64,000 bases of DNA from the human T2T-CHM13v2.0 reference genome, Homo sapiens, in the NCBI RefSeq assembly GCF_009914755.1, contig NC_060945.1. One strand, 5' to 3'. This document shows, one piece after another, positions 14,943-32,063 of the stretch. A program made the translations under genes and the position numbers. Position 1 is the first letter of the stretch, and every line of letters starts with the position of its first letter. Under the pieces are notes generated by a model. The model saw only the letters and a program-made list of their open reading frames with translations. It ran no database searches and was not told the origin of the DNA.

Positions 14943-15419
14943 TAGAAGAGAAAGAAGAAATATCCTGACCAGCTAAATCCTGTAAAACTAAATACCTGTG
15001 AAAATTCAGGAAAACTAATGATTAATTTTTTTCCCATCCATCCCCTCCATTTTCCCACTCAGCCAGTCTTTCTGTGTTCTTAATTACAGGAGGTGATGTG
15101 AAAGAGTCTTCTAGAATGAATTTCCATCAGCTGGGTCTTTCTGGGATGCTAAGAAAAGTTTAGGTTTATAAAGAATGTTTGAGAGAAACAGAGAGCTAGA
15201 GCAAGTGCCTCCCCCAAAACCTTGAAACAAGATTGCCCCCAAGATGAAGAGAGAGGAGACACAAGGAAGATGATGACAGCAGAGAAGTCATGGGCCCCAA
15301 CAAAAGGGCAGAATCTAAATTGGGCTGCATGGACAGGGACAAGGGCAAACATCTCAACAAAAACTCCCATGAGGAGTACTGTTCCAGTGATGTTTGATTT
15401 TCAAACTCATTTCAGGACC

Positions 15420-16010
15420 ACATTACCTTGCTTGCTCCAACTTTATAGTAAGTCTTGAAGTCAGGTAATGTAATGTAATTCATCCAACTTTCTTCTTCTT
15501 TTCCAATATTTTTGAAATGTTCTAGATCCCTTGCATTTCCATATATTTTTTAATTCCTTTGTCAAATTCTACCCTTCCAAAAAAAAAAAAAAAGCCTACT
15601 GGAAACATGACGAGGATTGCATTGAATCAGTAGATCAATTTGATGAGAAATAACATCTCAACAATATTGAATGTTTCAATCCATGAACATGGTATATCTC
15701 CTTTTATTTGGGTCTTGTTTAATTTCCCTTGGCATTGCTTTGTGGTTTTCAGTGTAGAGAGCTTATATATTTATTTATAAATACATTATATCTTTATGTT
15801 ATTATAAATGCAGTTGTTTTTATTTCATTTTTCAATTATGTACTGCTAGTATATGAAATAAAATTGATCTTTTACATTAACCTTGTATACCGTGATTTTG
15901 CTAAATTCACTTATGAGTTCTAGTGGTTGTAGAACTCTTAGAACTATTTATGTAAACAACCATGTCATTTGCTAATAAAGACAATTTTACTTTTTCCTGT
16001 CTGCTCTTTA
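15420..16010 (-). mobile_element. Ancient L1M ORF2 fragment
   Basis: ctttatagtaagtcttgaagtcagg..gattgcattgaatc..caatccatgaacatgg is antisense ORF2. Confidence 0.8.
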
Positions 16011-17404
16011 TATTAGTATTTAACAAAATGCATTTCAACTTATTCAAATTTAATAGTTTTAATTAAGAGAATGGTATTATTAATGTTCATCAAGATAACT
16101 CATTTTTCAAAGCACTCAAGAACAACAGATTAAAACTGTCATTTCAGTCATCAAATTTTACTTTTGCTAGTTTGTGCAAAAAGAGTGGCAATAAAGCAAA
16201 ATAAAATTTTGTCTTTAATGAATTGTGCTAGAGAAATTCACAATTGCTCTATAGAGGTGACATATTCATCATAATTTCAAATAATGAGAGGGATTGCTGA
16301 TTAGTAGTATAAACTGAAGAAAACTTTTGGAGATCAAGATATCTAAGCTAGCCTTTGAAGAAAGTTTAGACAGTCAAATTAGTGGTAGGAAAGATAAGAG
16401 GCATAAAGTAAGCAAAGGTAGAGGGAGAAATTAACAAAACAAGTTCCAAATATAGAGGCAGAGAACAAATCATATTGTTATGTATCAGTAACATAATAAC
16501 AGAAGGTCTCAAATGATCGGCTACTGAGTTTGGATTTTATGGTCTACTTATGTAAAGGTTTTTAAGTAGTGAAGAATTACAAGAGGAAATCTTCCAACTA
16601 GACCATAGCCAAAGAAAGGTTGAGCTCTGAGAGGAGATAATATGTATAAATACTTGTACAGCTAACAGTTCATGTAAGAGCTGAACAGTTTTCCCATATC
16701 AGTGTTTTTGCAAAGCCAAATAAATAATTAATGTTCTTGAGGACAGGCTACTAACTTCATTTAAAATGCAACAGCTGGAAGTTCCCATGTCTAATCCTAT
16801 AAGAATGGCTTAATATAAGGCTGATACATAGTTAACATTCAGAAATGAGGAAGCAATTTCTGCTATGTGGATGAAATGTTCCAAGATAAAAAAAATCTTG
16901 AATTCTAATGCTTTTTAAAATGCTTTGATATATAGTGCTAAAAACTCACAATAAATATATTAATTACAGAGTAGAATTCATAGACAGTTGTATCTATCTT
17001 GATGCCATCCAAAGGGAGTATCACCTTTAAAATACACAAGGAAATGCTTCAAGGAATGAGTAGCAGTTGATCCAAACCTTGTAAGGTTATCCATTTCTGG
17101 GCACAAATTTCCTTGTATTCTCTCACTGCCTTACTCTGCTATATAATGTCATGGTCTACAAGGCTATTGAAATAGTATAAAACAAAACCATACTAGTCTG
17201 AATGCCTGGAGCCTCCATGGCCATGGAGTATCCGTAGATTCCCTCAGCCCAGTGCTAATACACTGCTCTACCAGAAATGTGCTTCTCTCCATTAAGCAGT
17301 ATCCATGTCTTCAGCTCTTGGGGAAACTATCTCTGGTACAGTGCTAGATTAGGTCCCCCCAATAGGACACAAATTTTTCCCACCCATTCAAGAAGCAGTC
17401 ATTT

Positions 17405-17860
17405 CCATTTGGTCACTCAGCTTTCCATCAGGAAAACTGAAGCCACTCTAGGTATTTCAACCAGTAATAATTTAATAGACGGACTCAGGGACTTACAAAA
17501 CTGTTAAAAAGACTGAGAGAGCAACAGTCATGGAAGCTTTCATTTACAGTCAATAAATCAAAAAGGGCATGAATTTAAAGAAATATCCGCTAGTACCAGA
17601 GGGGCTGACTCTCAGGAGCTCACCCAGCAACCATTTGCAAACCTCACTTCTGTCACCTGCCTGCTGGTGCAACTAAAGATCAGAGGCCCTCCTTTTCTGT
17701 TTTTCCACATTCACATATGTGCCTCACATTGGGATAATCTAAACTGGATCTTGCTGATGAGGTAAACTGGGAATGTAATTTTTAGCATTCCAGCCCTACA
17801 ATGTAGGGTGGGACTTAGACGGGCAAGGATATTGCTGAAAACTAATAGACAATATCGAGC
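17405..17860. mobile_element. Very old MaLR/ERVL-type LTR
   Basis: gaagccactctaggtatttcaacc..tttaata resembles old MLT1 LTR ends. Confidence 0.35.
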
Positions 17861-18268
17861 ACATCTTTCTTTACCTCATAACCCATAGCCAAAACCACTC
17901 CCCAAAAATACTCATTCTTCCACAGTATTCTCACTGTGGTGATTTCCCTTCAGAGGCGCAGTTCAGTCTTCTTTCTTTTGCATTCTGTGTTCTGCCAGTC
18001 CTTCTTATAAGCATGTCTGCTCCCCAATGGAAACCAGCATCCTCTACATCTGATCTTCCAAAGGGCTACTTTTCCAGAGTTTGAATAACAAGTGTATGCA
18101 TTATTGCAGGTTCAAAGATGGAGAAGGAATCATGTGGCGAGACTTTCACTAAGCCAAAGATTAAGTCCCTAACATGAAAAGGCTAAGTTGTGCAATACAC
18201 ACTGAACAGTGTTTCAGTGAACCAGCCTATGCACAGAAAACCAACTATGTACAGAAAATCCAGACATA

Positions 18269-18380
18269 GGCCAGGCACAATGGCTCATGCCTGTAATCCC
18301 AGCACTTTAGGAGGCCAAGGCAGGAGGATTTCTTGAGACCAGGAATTCAAGATTAGCCAACAAATTGAGATCTCATCTCT
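18269..18380 (+). mobile_element. FLAM / left Alu monomer
   Basis: ggccaggcacaatggctcatgcctgtaatcccagcac..tctcatctct. Confidence 0.85.
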
Positions 18381-18665
18381 AAAGAGAGAAAGAGGGAAAG
18401 AGATAAACAGAGAAAGAGGAAAGAAAGAAAGAAAGAAAGAGAAAGAAAGAAAAGAAAAGAAGAAAGGGAAGGGAAGGGGAGGGGAGGGGAGGAAGGAAGG
18501 AAGGAGAAAGAAAGGAAGGAAGGAAGGGAGGGAGGAAGGAAGGAAAGGAAGGAAGGAAGGAGAAACAGAGAAGGAAGGAAGGAAGGAAGGAAGGAGGGAG
18601 AGAGGGACGGACGCAGGGAGGGAGGGAGGGAGAGGGAGGGAAAGAAAGAAAAGAAAGAAAGCCAA
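18381..18665 (+). repeat. Purine-rich (GAAA/GGAA/GGGA)n repeat derived from the Alu tail
   Basis: Direct reading. Confidence 0.95.
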
Positions 18666-19407
18666 GAAGGCTGATATATATTTAACATTCTTATTATGAA
18701 TAATAATCTTAACATTCATATTTAACATACTTTGGCATATTCCAACCCAAAGAGAATCCACAGAGCAGATAGATTTGGGAGTAGCTTATCCTCACTATTC
18801 CCACTCATCCTCCCCTACCCTTTGAACGTACCAGCTTTACAATAATTCTGTATGTGTCTGAATATTCATGTGTCTGACTCTCTCACTAGGTTGTAGGTAC
18901 TTTGCTAAGCTTTGTATCTTTGCTACATAATATGATGCCAATTATATAGCAGGATTTCCATGAATAAATGGAACGGTAAGATGGAGCTTGAAAAGTTTTC
19001 CACCACATCTCCAACTGGTTGCTTAATGTTCCTGTGAATATATTGCTTAGCCATTCAGACACCACATATCTAAAATAAAATTCATCCGTTCTTTAAAACT
19101 TTCTTCCCTTAAGGGGTTAGTAGTGGTTTTTAACAATGTGGTTCATCAGAAAGGTGGAAAAATCCTAAGGTCCAGATGTGTTATGGATCCACGTGACTAT
19201 TGAAAACATTTAGGAAGAGATGTGGAGATAAAAACAGTAGAAGTAAATATTTTTAGGAAGATAGAAACGAAAATTGCTGGGCATTAGCTAGCAAGTATTT
19301 GTGGTCTAGCCAGAAGTATTAATGGCATTTTTAAAGTATTTGAATATCTGATGCTATTGAATGATAGTATAATGGCATTCCCAGAGTTATTTAATATTGA
19401 TATAAAA

Positions 19408-22570
<3,163 letters not shown>

Positions 22571-23016
22571 AGGGAAGGGTCTGAAGGCAGCCTTGAAGAT
22601 GCTAAGCTGGTTAGTCTCTCCCACATCCTACTAAACAGCTGCCAGGAAAAAATGGCAATTGGAGTAAAGCACCAATATCAGCTCCATGGCCCCCAAAACA
22701 CAGTGGTGTCCAGGTAAAAACTGACCCAGGGAGGAACAGGGTGCCACCTTACATAGCACCTTTCACCAACAGGACATTCCATGCCTCCAACACATTCACT
22801 GAAGGACAGCTACAGTTATCACAATCAGCATCTTCAAGCAGGTGACAAAGACAAAGATGAGCAAAACAAAAATGAAAATTACCAAATATTTGAGTAAAAG
22901 CAACAGCATCAAAAAATGGCACCAAGTCCAACCAACTAAATAACTAACATCTGAGAAAACAGAATTCATAGAAGAATTGAGGGAGGAAGGTCTTTACAGT
23001 AAACCATACATATAGT

Positions 23017-23400
23017 TGTTATGGACTGCATTATTATGGCCCCCTGAATTTATATATTGAAGCTGTAACCCCTAGTACCTCAAAAATGTGATTGTATTTT
23101 GAAATGGGGCCTTTAAAGAGGTTAAGTAAGGTAAAATGAGGCTGTTAGTGTGGGCTGTAACACAATCTGAATGAAGATTAGGGCACACAAAGAGACACCA
23201 GACAAGTGCACACCCAGAGGGAAGATCAAGTGAAGAGGCAGCAAGAGATGGCATCTGAAGACAAGAAGAGAGGCCTCAGAGGAAATTAACTGTGCTGGCA
23301 CCTTGATCTTGGGCTTCCAGCCTTCTGAACTGTGAGAAAATAAATTTCTGTTATTTCAGCCACCCAGCCTGTGATACTTTGTTCCTAGCAAACTAATACA
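23017..23400 (+). mobile_element. MLT1A-like solo LTR
   Basis: tgttatggactg..caaactaataca termini; perfect TSD atagt. Confidence 0.85.
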
Positions 23401-23554
23401 ATAGTGATATTCTCAGAAAGAAGTCATGAGAATATTAACTACCAGGAAAAACAAACTAAATAGTTTGGAAATTTAGAATGTCAGTGTTAAAATTAATTTG
23501 TGTCAAGATCTATATCCCAGGGAAATAAAAAATAATAATTTTTTAAAAGTTATC

Positions 23555-23858
23555 CAGCTGGGCACAGTGGCTCATGCCTGTAATCCCAGAACTTTGAAAG
23601 GCTGAAGTTGGAAGATCATTTGAAGCCAGAAATTCAAGAGCAGCCTGGGCCACAAAGCAAGACACTGTCTCTACAAAAAATAAAAATGAAAATGAAAAAT
23701 TACCCAGGCATGGTGGCATACGCTTGTAGTCCCAGCTGCTTGGGAGGCTGAGACAGTAGGATCGCTTGAGCCCAGGAGTTGGAGCCCGCACTGAAATATA
23801 AGCACACCACTGCACTACAGCCTAAGAGTCAGAGTGAGCCCTGTCTCTTAAAAAAATT
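23555..23858 (+). mobile_element. AluJ
   Basis: Diverged dimer with ggatcgcttgagcccaggag. Confidence 0.9.
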
Positions 23859-24949
23859 AAAATTTACCTAAGAGAAGAGATACAGCTGAAGAATGAATTA
23901 GTGAGCTGGGAGATCAAGCTAAGCAATTCTCCTAAAATGCTGCGCAAAGAAAAGTGAAGAAAGCACGAAGGAAGAGCTAGAAGGCATGAACGGTGCATCC
24001 AGGAGCTTCAGCAGCTGCCTGGTAAGTGCTCCAGACTGAAAGCAGAGAAAATAGAAGACATGAGATGATAACTTAGAAGTCACTGAAGAAATTTCCTCAG
24101 AGCTGAAGAAACACATGAATCTTTTCATTCAAATGGACCATTATATGTCATGCAGAGTGAATAAAAGAAGCACAGTAAAACACATCCACGTGAAACTTCA
24201 AAATCCAGTGAAAAAGAAAATGCTAAACACTTCCAGTTGGGCAGGGGGTGGGGTGGCAATTATAAACTGATGAATGAAAATTAGATTACTGTCTGTAATC
24301 ACAACAGCAACACTGGGTGCTAAGAAATGTTGGAATATTATATTCAAAATTCTCAAGAAAAATTCACATTGAACCTAGAATCCCATTTCCAGCCCAATTT
24401 CAAACACAAAATAAAGACATTTTCAGATATGCAAGGACTCAGAAAGCTTATTTGTTTACCCTTTCTGAAATAGTTTCTCAAGGATGTATTCCAAAAAAAT
24501 TAAAGATAATGTATAATGAAGAGGAAGATATAGAATACAATAAATTGTAGAAAACAAAGAAAAAAGTAGCTATTTCAAAAGTTATTGATGTATTATTTTT
24601 ATTTAATTACCTTTTATAAACAAAATTACAAGTGATCTCTCCATGATAGGTGTAGGGTTGGGCAAAGAGGACAAAAATGGGAACACTCTTCTCTTATTTG
24701 GGGATCCTGTTTACTAACTCTAGATTTCAACTGAAAAACATAAGCTTAAGTATTCATTTTTGAGAAATATATACACTTTGAAAGTCACTAAGAAAGGAAG
24801 ATGAAGGATTTCCTTGAGAGTAGTAATTATACCATGTAACTGCTAATAAATGTCTGATGGAGTGAAGAAAATTTGTCTATAAAAGTAGCAGGGAACACTG
24901 ACCCTTCTCAATTGTGCCTTCTATCCCTTGGCCATTAGTGTTGGGAGAC

Positions 24950-25110
24950 AGTGCAGTAATCAAAAACACAGATGGGGCTCAGGTCCCAGCTTCCCATTCA
25001 CTAGCTGTATGTCCTTACTCATGACAGTTACTATCTCGGAGCTCTGGTGTGTCCATTGTTAAAATGGAATTAATAAAATCTTGTAAAATTGCCATGTAGA
25101 TAAATAAGTC
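24950..25110 (+). mobile_element. MIR
   Basis: cccagcttcccattcactagctgtatgtcctt..gttaaaatggaattaataa. Confidence 0.55.
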
Positions 25111-25150
25111 AACCCTCCCTTGGTGACCAACCATCTGCACATACAGATAG

Positions 25151-25673
25151 TGTGATGGTTAATACTGAGTGTCAACTTAACAGGATTGAAGCATGCAAAG
25201 TATTGTTCCTAGGTGTGTCTGTGAGGGTGTTGCCAAAGGAGATTAACATTTGAGTCAGTAGACTTGGGAAAGGGAGATCCACCCTCAATCTGGGTGAGCA
25301 CAATCTAATCAGCAGCCATGTGACCAGAATAAAAAGCAGGCAGAAGAACGTGAAAGGACTAGACTGGCTGAGTCTTCTGGTCTCCATCTTTCTCCCGTGC
25401 TGGATGCTTCTTACCCTCAAACATGGAACTCCAAGTTTTTCCGCTTTGGGACTCTTGGACCTTTGACCACAGACTGAAGGCTGCACTGTTGGCTTCCCTA
25501 CTTTTGAGGTTTTGGGACTTGGACTAGCTTCCTTGCTCCTCAGCTTGCAGATGGCCTATTGTGGGACCTCACCTTATGATTGTGTAAGTTAACACTCATT
25601 AATAAACTCATATATATATGTATATATGTATAACCTATTAGTTCTGTCCCTCTAGAGAACCCTGACTAATACA
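25151..25673 (+). mobile_element. MLT2A-type (HERV-L) solo LTR
   Basis: tgtgatggttaatactgagtgtcaac..ctagagaaccctgactaataca; TSD gatag/gacag. Confidence 0.93.
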
Positions 25674-26655
25674 GACAGGAATATAGAGCAATGTCTAGAC
25701 AGAGCCTGAGACCCTCCTCACCTCCAAAGCACCTTGTGTTTTTCTCTCCTTCCCCTTCTTTGCCCACCCTCTCCTTAGGAATTTTCAGCAAATCCATATC
25801 TTAGAAAGCTGCAGGGAGGAGTTGGCCTGATGGGCTTGCCACACTTGGGCCCCACTGCAGTTTCCCTGGAGCCTCACAGGGACTGCATCACAGTCCGTGG
25901 GGCTCAATAATAAGCTCTTTCAGCATCAGCCTAGCTTCACCATTAATTGCTACCACATTGAGGCAAAGAACTGTGGTTTTCATGGCCTCCCCAAATCATG
26001 TCGGATCATTCCTACAAAAAAGTGGACCAGAAAGAAAGAAACTAGGATTTATTTCTTAGTGCCAGAAGTAACATAATTACAGAGGAATGTTCTGGCTAAT
26101 GTAAAAGTTGCTCTTTGGTATGTTGACCTAAGACCTATATTTGCTGTTTTGTTTTCAATGTTCTTCCTCACATGTCCTGTCTTTACCATTTCCAAGCCTA
26201 AGAACTGTGGGTTATCTATAATCAGTCATTAATGTTTTCGTTACCCTCAGTTAGTGAATACTCAAAGAAGCTGGAAATTCTCAAAGCTCTGGTAGTTGCT
26301 CAAGGAAAAGCCAACAAATAATAGGGTATAGAAAAGCCTCAAGTAAAACTAGATGGGTATTGTTGGATACCCATGACGTAAGGATACATAAAGTCTTTCA
26401 TTTTGCTGAGTCAAAATGTGCCATCTAAACTACACAGCAACCATGCAGTTTATTAGCTCAAAAAAAAAAAAAAAGGCCCTGGTCATTTAAATCTATGCCA
26501 TTCATGTGTTTATACATATTTTTATATGCTTTATATAGGAAGTCTTTTAACTTTTTTTTATTTAAGCATAGGTAAAAGTTATATAACCAAAAAATTCGAT
26601 TAACTCAAATACATGAGAATATTTGGGCAATCTTTTGGCTTACTGATTTTTCTAG

Positions 26656-27014
<359 letters not shown>

Positions 27015-27266
27015 TCCACCTTTATTTTCTAACGATTTCTTTACCAAGTCTTCCCAGGTCCTTTACTTAGTACTTTTATCTCACCTAAGGTACATGACTT
27101 TTTAACCAATGAGTTCTTATTGTAAAAATGCCTCAGAAATATCATTCTGGCTGTCAATTTATTAAGTGATATGAATTCATGGGTTAACAATTTATGTCTT
27201 TTTCATAGAAAGCTAAATGTACAAGAAAATCTCCAGATTTCATCATGATATACAAATGCTTTAAAG

Positions 27267-27909
27267 TGAAGGAGTTCAGGGAACTTGACCCCAAAATATG
27301 GCTCCCTAGTATAATGAGTATTTTGAACTAAAGGCCTTTAGAGATCAACAGATTTTAGAAGATACTTTTTCCCTATCTACATAAAGACCAGAGAGACCCA
27401 TAAAGAGAGGAATTGTTTTCCTCCCCTACCTCTTGCCTCTCAATCCTCTGCCTCTCCCAAACACAAGCTGAAGTTCCCTCATCTGCCTAAAGTCTGGACC
27501 TACCAAAGAAGAAAACAATGACCTCTGGTCCCTTCCCTGAGTTTTCATTAACTGAACCCATATTGCAAGAAGGAAGACTAAAGTCTGTCAACAGACCTCG
27601 ACAGACTTTTGTCACAAAACCTTGACTGCTCTGTGGGCCCAAGAGACCACTGTATGTTCTTCAAGCCCACTGATTTCCCCTAAAAATCATTTATTATCCC
27701 CCTAAAATTATCCACACTTCCCCATCTCCATTCCCCCTAAGAAATAGAGTATATAAACACCTGTATCCCATTGGAATATTGGACAATCACTCTGAGATTC
27801 CCTACATGCACATAATAGTAATAAATCTGTGTGCCTTTTCTTTTATTAATCTAAATTTTTGTGAGTTGATTTTTCAGCAAACCTTCCAAGCTTTCCCTTC
27901 ACCCATACA
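27267..27909 (+). mobile_element. ERV1 solo LTR (MER39/MER34 group)
   Basis: TG..CA ends; ccccaaaatatgg..tattttgaactaaaggcc; TATA-like tataaa near 27750 and AATAAA near 27820. Confidence 0.75.
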
Positions 27910-28439
27910 AAAAGTGTGTAACTTTTGGGTTACTATATTTCTGGCTCTTATTTTTTGAATGTCTTCCATAGGGGGTTTTCTTTGTCTTATAAAAATGTGG
28001 GGAAGCTGAAATGCAGGGAATCTGAAGCAATCATATGTTTTTGTTTTACCTCCTATGTGAAATACACAAGTAAAGTGGTTTCTCGACACGTACATCAAGG
28101 GCTGAATTCCAAAGGTATCCCAGTTGTCTGAGCATTCTCCCCTACCTATCAGTGTATTCCTTTCCTCTTCTTACTTTTCCATAAACCAAATGTTTTCATT
28201 TCTTATATTTATACTTCTGTGACTCTTAATAAAGATAGTAAAGCATAAACAATAAATGCCTGAAATGCAGTTTTTGTCTGACTTTGGACTTACTCTGTTG
28301 TTCAGTTTTTTTTGAAGATTTTTCCTGCCAACCTTCCACTCCACCCACCATCACCCGACCCCGGCCCCCTCCATTTGGTTCACTGACACCTTCCAAAACC
28401 TATTCCATTGTCTAGCACTAATTACACTGCACCACAGAG

Positions 28440-28640
28440 GGAGAGGCTGTGGGCTCCAGAATCGGCAACCTCAATCTGAATCTCCGCTGCCCCACTGCGG
28501 GATTCTTAACCTCTCTGAGCCTCTATTCCTTTATCTGTAAAAGTGGAGATAATAGCAAAACTGGGTAATTTGCTGGAAATATTTAAATGAGTTGACCTAT
28601 GTGAAAGAAACTGACTTTCAATAGATACTTAGTAAATTCT
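28440..28640 (+). mobile_element. MIR
   Basis: cttaacctctctgagcctctattcctttatctgtaaaagtggagataatag. Confidence 0.7.
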
Positions 28641-29072
28641 AGTTTCTCTTCCCTAGTTTGAGGAATTTGGAAGGAGGAATAACAATGACTGTGTCTATAA
28701 ACTCATACCACTTTTCCACCGCACCCCTTTATCTTAACAATCTAAATGAAAGTTCAATGGCAGAGTACCAAAGAAAAGAAGCTAAAATGTTTATCTGAAA
28801 AAATCAGTAGACTTCTGCCAAATTTCCAGTCTCACAAAACCCAAGAATACTCTTCCCAAGAATTTCCAGTGCCCCTCCCCCAATCGCTAATAATAAAAAC
28901 AACAATTCTGACATCTGTTTGCTGCTAGAATATACTGGTGGCTCAATCTTCAAAGAAAAATGTAATATAATCAAATATATTCAAATTAAAGTATAATTTA
29001 GAAGGTTTTTTTACACATCAGAAGGTATTTCAAGACCTTGCCCTTTCTCCATTTGTTAGTGGCAACACTTAC

Positions 29073-29141
29073 TAGTTCTGGTTATTTTCACTGTCCACCG
29101 CTTTGGATCTGGATACTGGAAGTTTACCTCAGTAATACCTC
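29073..29141 (-). other. Candidate 69-nt symmetric exon
   Basis: Minus strand: tttatctcactttttggtcctccag|GAGGTA...AGAACTA|gtaagt; single open frame GITEVNFQYPDPKRWTVKITRT. Confidence 0.3.
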
Positions 29142-29789
29142 CTGGAGGACCAAAAAGTGAGATAAACACAAATATCAGTATAATTGAATGAGGCAATATG
29201 GACAAACAACTGCAAAGAAGAGAGATACTCTATCATGTAGAATATTACATTCTCTGCTTCCCTTTTATGGACATTTTATTCTGCTACAGAATTCCAATCA
29301 CTAGTTTAGCCACACTCTGAAAAGTCATTTTCCTTTTTGACTTGTAGTGGAGCCAATCAGTTTAGAAGCACTCAGGGAGGTATCTTATATACCATCTGGG
29401 ACAAAGAAAATAAAGTATTTTTTCATTTCCTTAGCAGTTACAAATTTACCTAATGATATCATTCCAAATTGAGCAGAATATAAGGTTTGACTATTTTAAT
29501 CATTTGGCAATTGTGGTCCAAGTCCTATTACAATATTAAGATACCCACAATTTAAATCACACATCATATGAAATAGTAATTTGCTTTAAAAATGCTGAAT
29601 TTCTTGGCTCATGTTCTAAAAAGATATAGGAGACCAATTGCAACAAAAAAAATTATAGAACATGTGTGGAATAAAATATGTAAGGAATTTCCCTAGTTTA
29701 TTTCCTTAAATGAGCCACACCATAAAAGTGGCTACAATGCATATATATATATATATATACACATATATATATCCCTGAGCCCTCGTAAT

Positions 29790-30460
29790 TGTTAGATTGC
29801 TAGACTAGCTTTGCTATGAAAAAGCTGAGGAACTCCAGCTGGAGCCATTCCTTTCCCCAGTTATTACTGAAGGTTATATTTAATTATCTAGCTGAGCTGC
29901 TGTAATTAGCATCAACAAAGCTCTGTGCCATAATGACTTGATATATAAACTTTTGGGAAGCCCATTACAATTCAGATGGACCTTCTGAAATGTAGCATTC
30001 CACCTGATGGCTAATCCCAGATATTAACGTCCATTACTCCATTCGATTTCCATTCACCCCTTCTAATGTGTTTGTGTACTGCTTGCTGACAACTGTAGTA
30101 TGTTTGTAGTACAAACAGTACTTTGCATTTTTGAATTTGGGGTTTAAATCTGTTCAGGCTCTCTCATGTGGCTGGAATGTTGGCATGGCTCAGAAAACAA
30201 AAGTCAACTTAAAAAAAAGTTGGTTCCTCCAGGAAGAGAGATGGCTATCAAGCTTGACAAATGCACTGTAATGTGAACAGGGCAGCAGGGTTAATTCTGT
30301 TAAGTGATTGCTATAGGCCTTTGCTTGTCTTGGACTTTTGGCCTTTTGCTGCAAACAGGGTGGGCCTTGTTAAACTGCCAAGTTGACAATTTTATATCCA
30401 AAGGCTTTTGACAGTTTTATATCCAAGGCTTTGCTTTTCTGTTGTGATTTTTCAACAGGA
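29790..30460. promoter_or_regulatory. Putative conserved non-coding/enhancer-like block
   Basis: No recognisable repeat; clustered TAAT/TAATTA, AACAAAG, CATTCC, CAGATGG, TAATCC and TGTTTG motifs. Confidence 0.3.
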
Positions 30461-31079
30461 AAGCTCAAAGTGCTCTGGGGATTTTCATCTCTGAGTCCAT
30501 GATAACACTTAGAAAACTCAATAGATCGTTGTTTGTTGAATCTGAGCATAAAAATTAGGTTCTAAGAGAAAGAAAAATCATTTTATAAAAACATAGATTT
30601 GGATATCACAGTGTGCTCTGCTAATTTCTTTTGGCTGGTGCTTTTTGTTGTTGTTGTTTAAAGTTTACATGGAATCTCTGTTTCCACTGAACCATCTCAG
30701 ACACTGAAACACAAAGCTGGGTTACAACCTAATCCGCAATGTGGGGTTATCTTCCTACTGTTGGGGCATTTTCCAACTGGGTAAGGATCTGAGCACTATA
30801 GAGATGTATACTGAGCTCTTATATTACCTTGTCTGTATCAGACTTAACTGAGACACAGATAAGTTAAAAAGTAGCCCGCAAATCCTAGGACCTAGCACCC
30901 TACAATCTAAGAGCTAAAATCATTGTCTCTTGGACATAAATCAGCAAACTTCATTCAGCACATGTTAAGTACCTGCCATATGTTAACCCTCTACTAACCA
31001 TGTGTTACATACTGTGAAAAAAAAAAGAAGTCACAGTTGAAGGTTTCTAGAAGGTTTCTAAAAGTTACCTGATCTGCCA

Positions 31080-31450
31080 ATCATCTCCATCAGAACCCTC
31101 AGGTAAGCTTGTGTATTAAGCAGATTCCTGAATCCCACCCCAGATCTACTTGATTGGAGGAGGGGGCTAAATTTGCATTTTTTTATAAGCTTCTCCCAAA
31201 TGATGCTTATGAGTAATGTTTGAGAACTATTCTAGACTCAGGATTCTCAAACCTGGCTGCACATTTGAATCACCTAGTGAATTTAAGACCACCAATGACC
31301 TAGTACCACAGCAGACCAATTAAATCAGACCCTCTGGGGTAAGGGGGAGCCTGAGCATCAGTCATTGTTGTTGTTGTTGCTGCTGTTGTTGTTGTCGTTG
31401 TTAAGTCCACATGTAACTCTAATGGGCATCCAAGGCTGTGAACCATGGTT
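31080..31450. mobile_element. Two adjacent MER5-type elements
   Basis: gcagattcctgaatcccaccccagatctact..gtttgagaacta, then ttctcaaacctggctgcacatttgaatcacct..aattaaatcaga. Confidence 0.7.
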
Positions 31451-32063
31451 CTAGACTTTAGGTTCTATCAGAATTTACGACAGGAAGAAATCACTCCTAT
31501 CTGAAGTGGTCAGATACTACCTTTGATTTCCTCTCATATCTTGCAAAAGACTTCATGTTCTCTTTGAAAAGTGTGTGTGTATGAGTTTGTTATTGTTTTA
31601 AAAATTACATATTTATATAGCACCCATGCAAGAAACAGTTTTTACAGATAGCACATAATTTCATTTGTCTTCAATTCATCTACTGTAATGTAATTAGAAG
31701 AAAAACGTATTAGTATTCCAATTATAGATAAAGCAAAAGATTAGTACTCCGCCTGAGATCACACAACAAATTCATTCTAAAATTCTGACTTCACTGGAGT
31801 TGCTTCCCAGAAATAAAAAAAGAGAGAGAGAGATAGAGAGTCTTTGAACAGTCCTAGTTGAAATGTAGCCTATTCAATACTAAAAATTATTCAAATAAGT
31901 AGTCCATCCACACTCCATAATGGACAGTCTTCCTCTTGGCTTTTTTGTTGTTGTTATTATAAAGAAGGGAATATCCTAAAGGGTCAATAATCCTCCTTCT
32001 ATTTCTCCATTTTTCTGTCTCCATAAGGCAACATCACTGAATGTATTAATGGGCTTGCTCAGT

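Larger units (their letters stand above)
22830..24560 (+). mobile_element. Ancient L1M ORF1-region remnant, interrupted
   Basis: gatacagctgaagaatgaattagtgagctgg, gaagaaatttcctcagagctgaagaaacacatgaatc and gaacctagaatcccatttccagcc are old ORF1-like. Confidence 0.6.
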
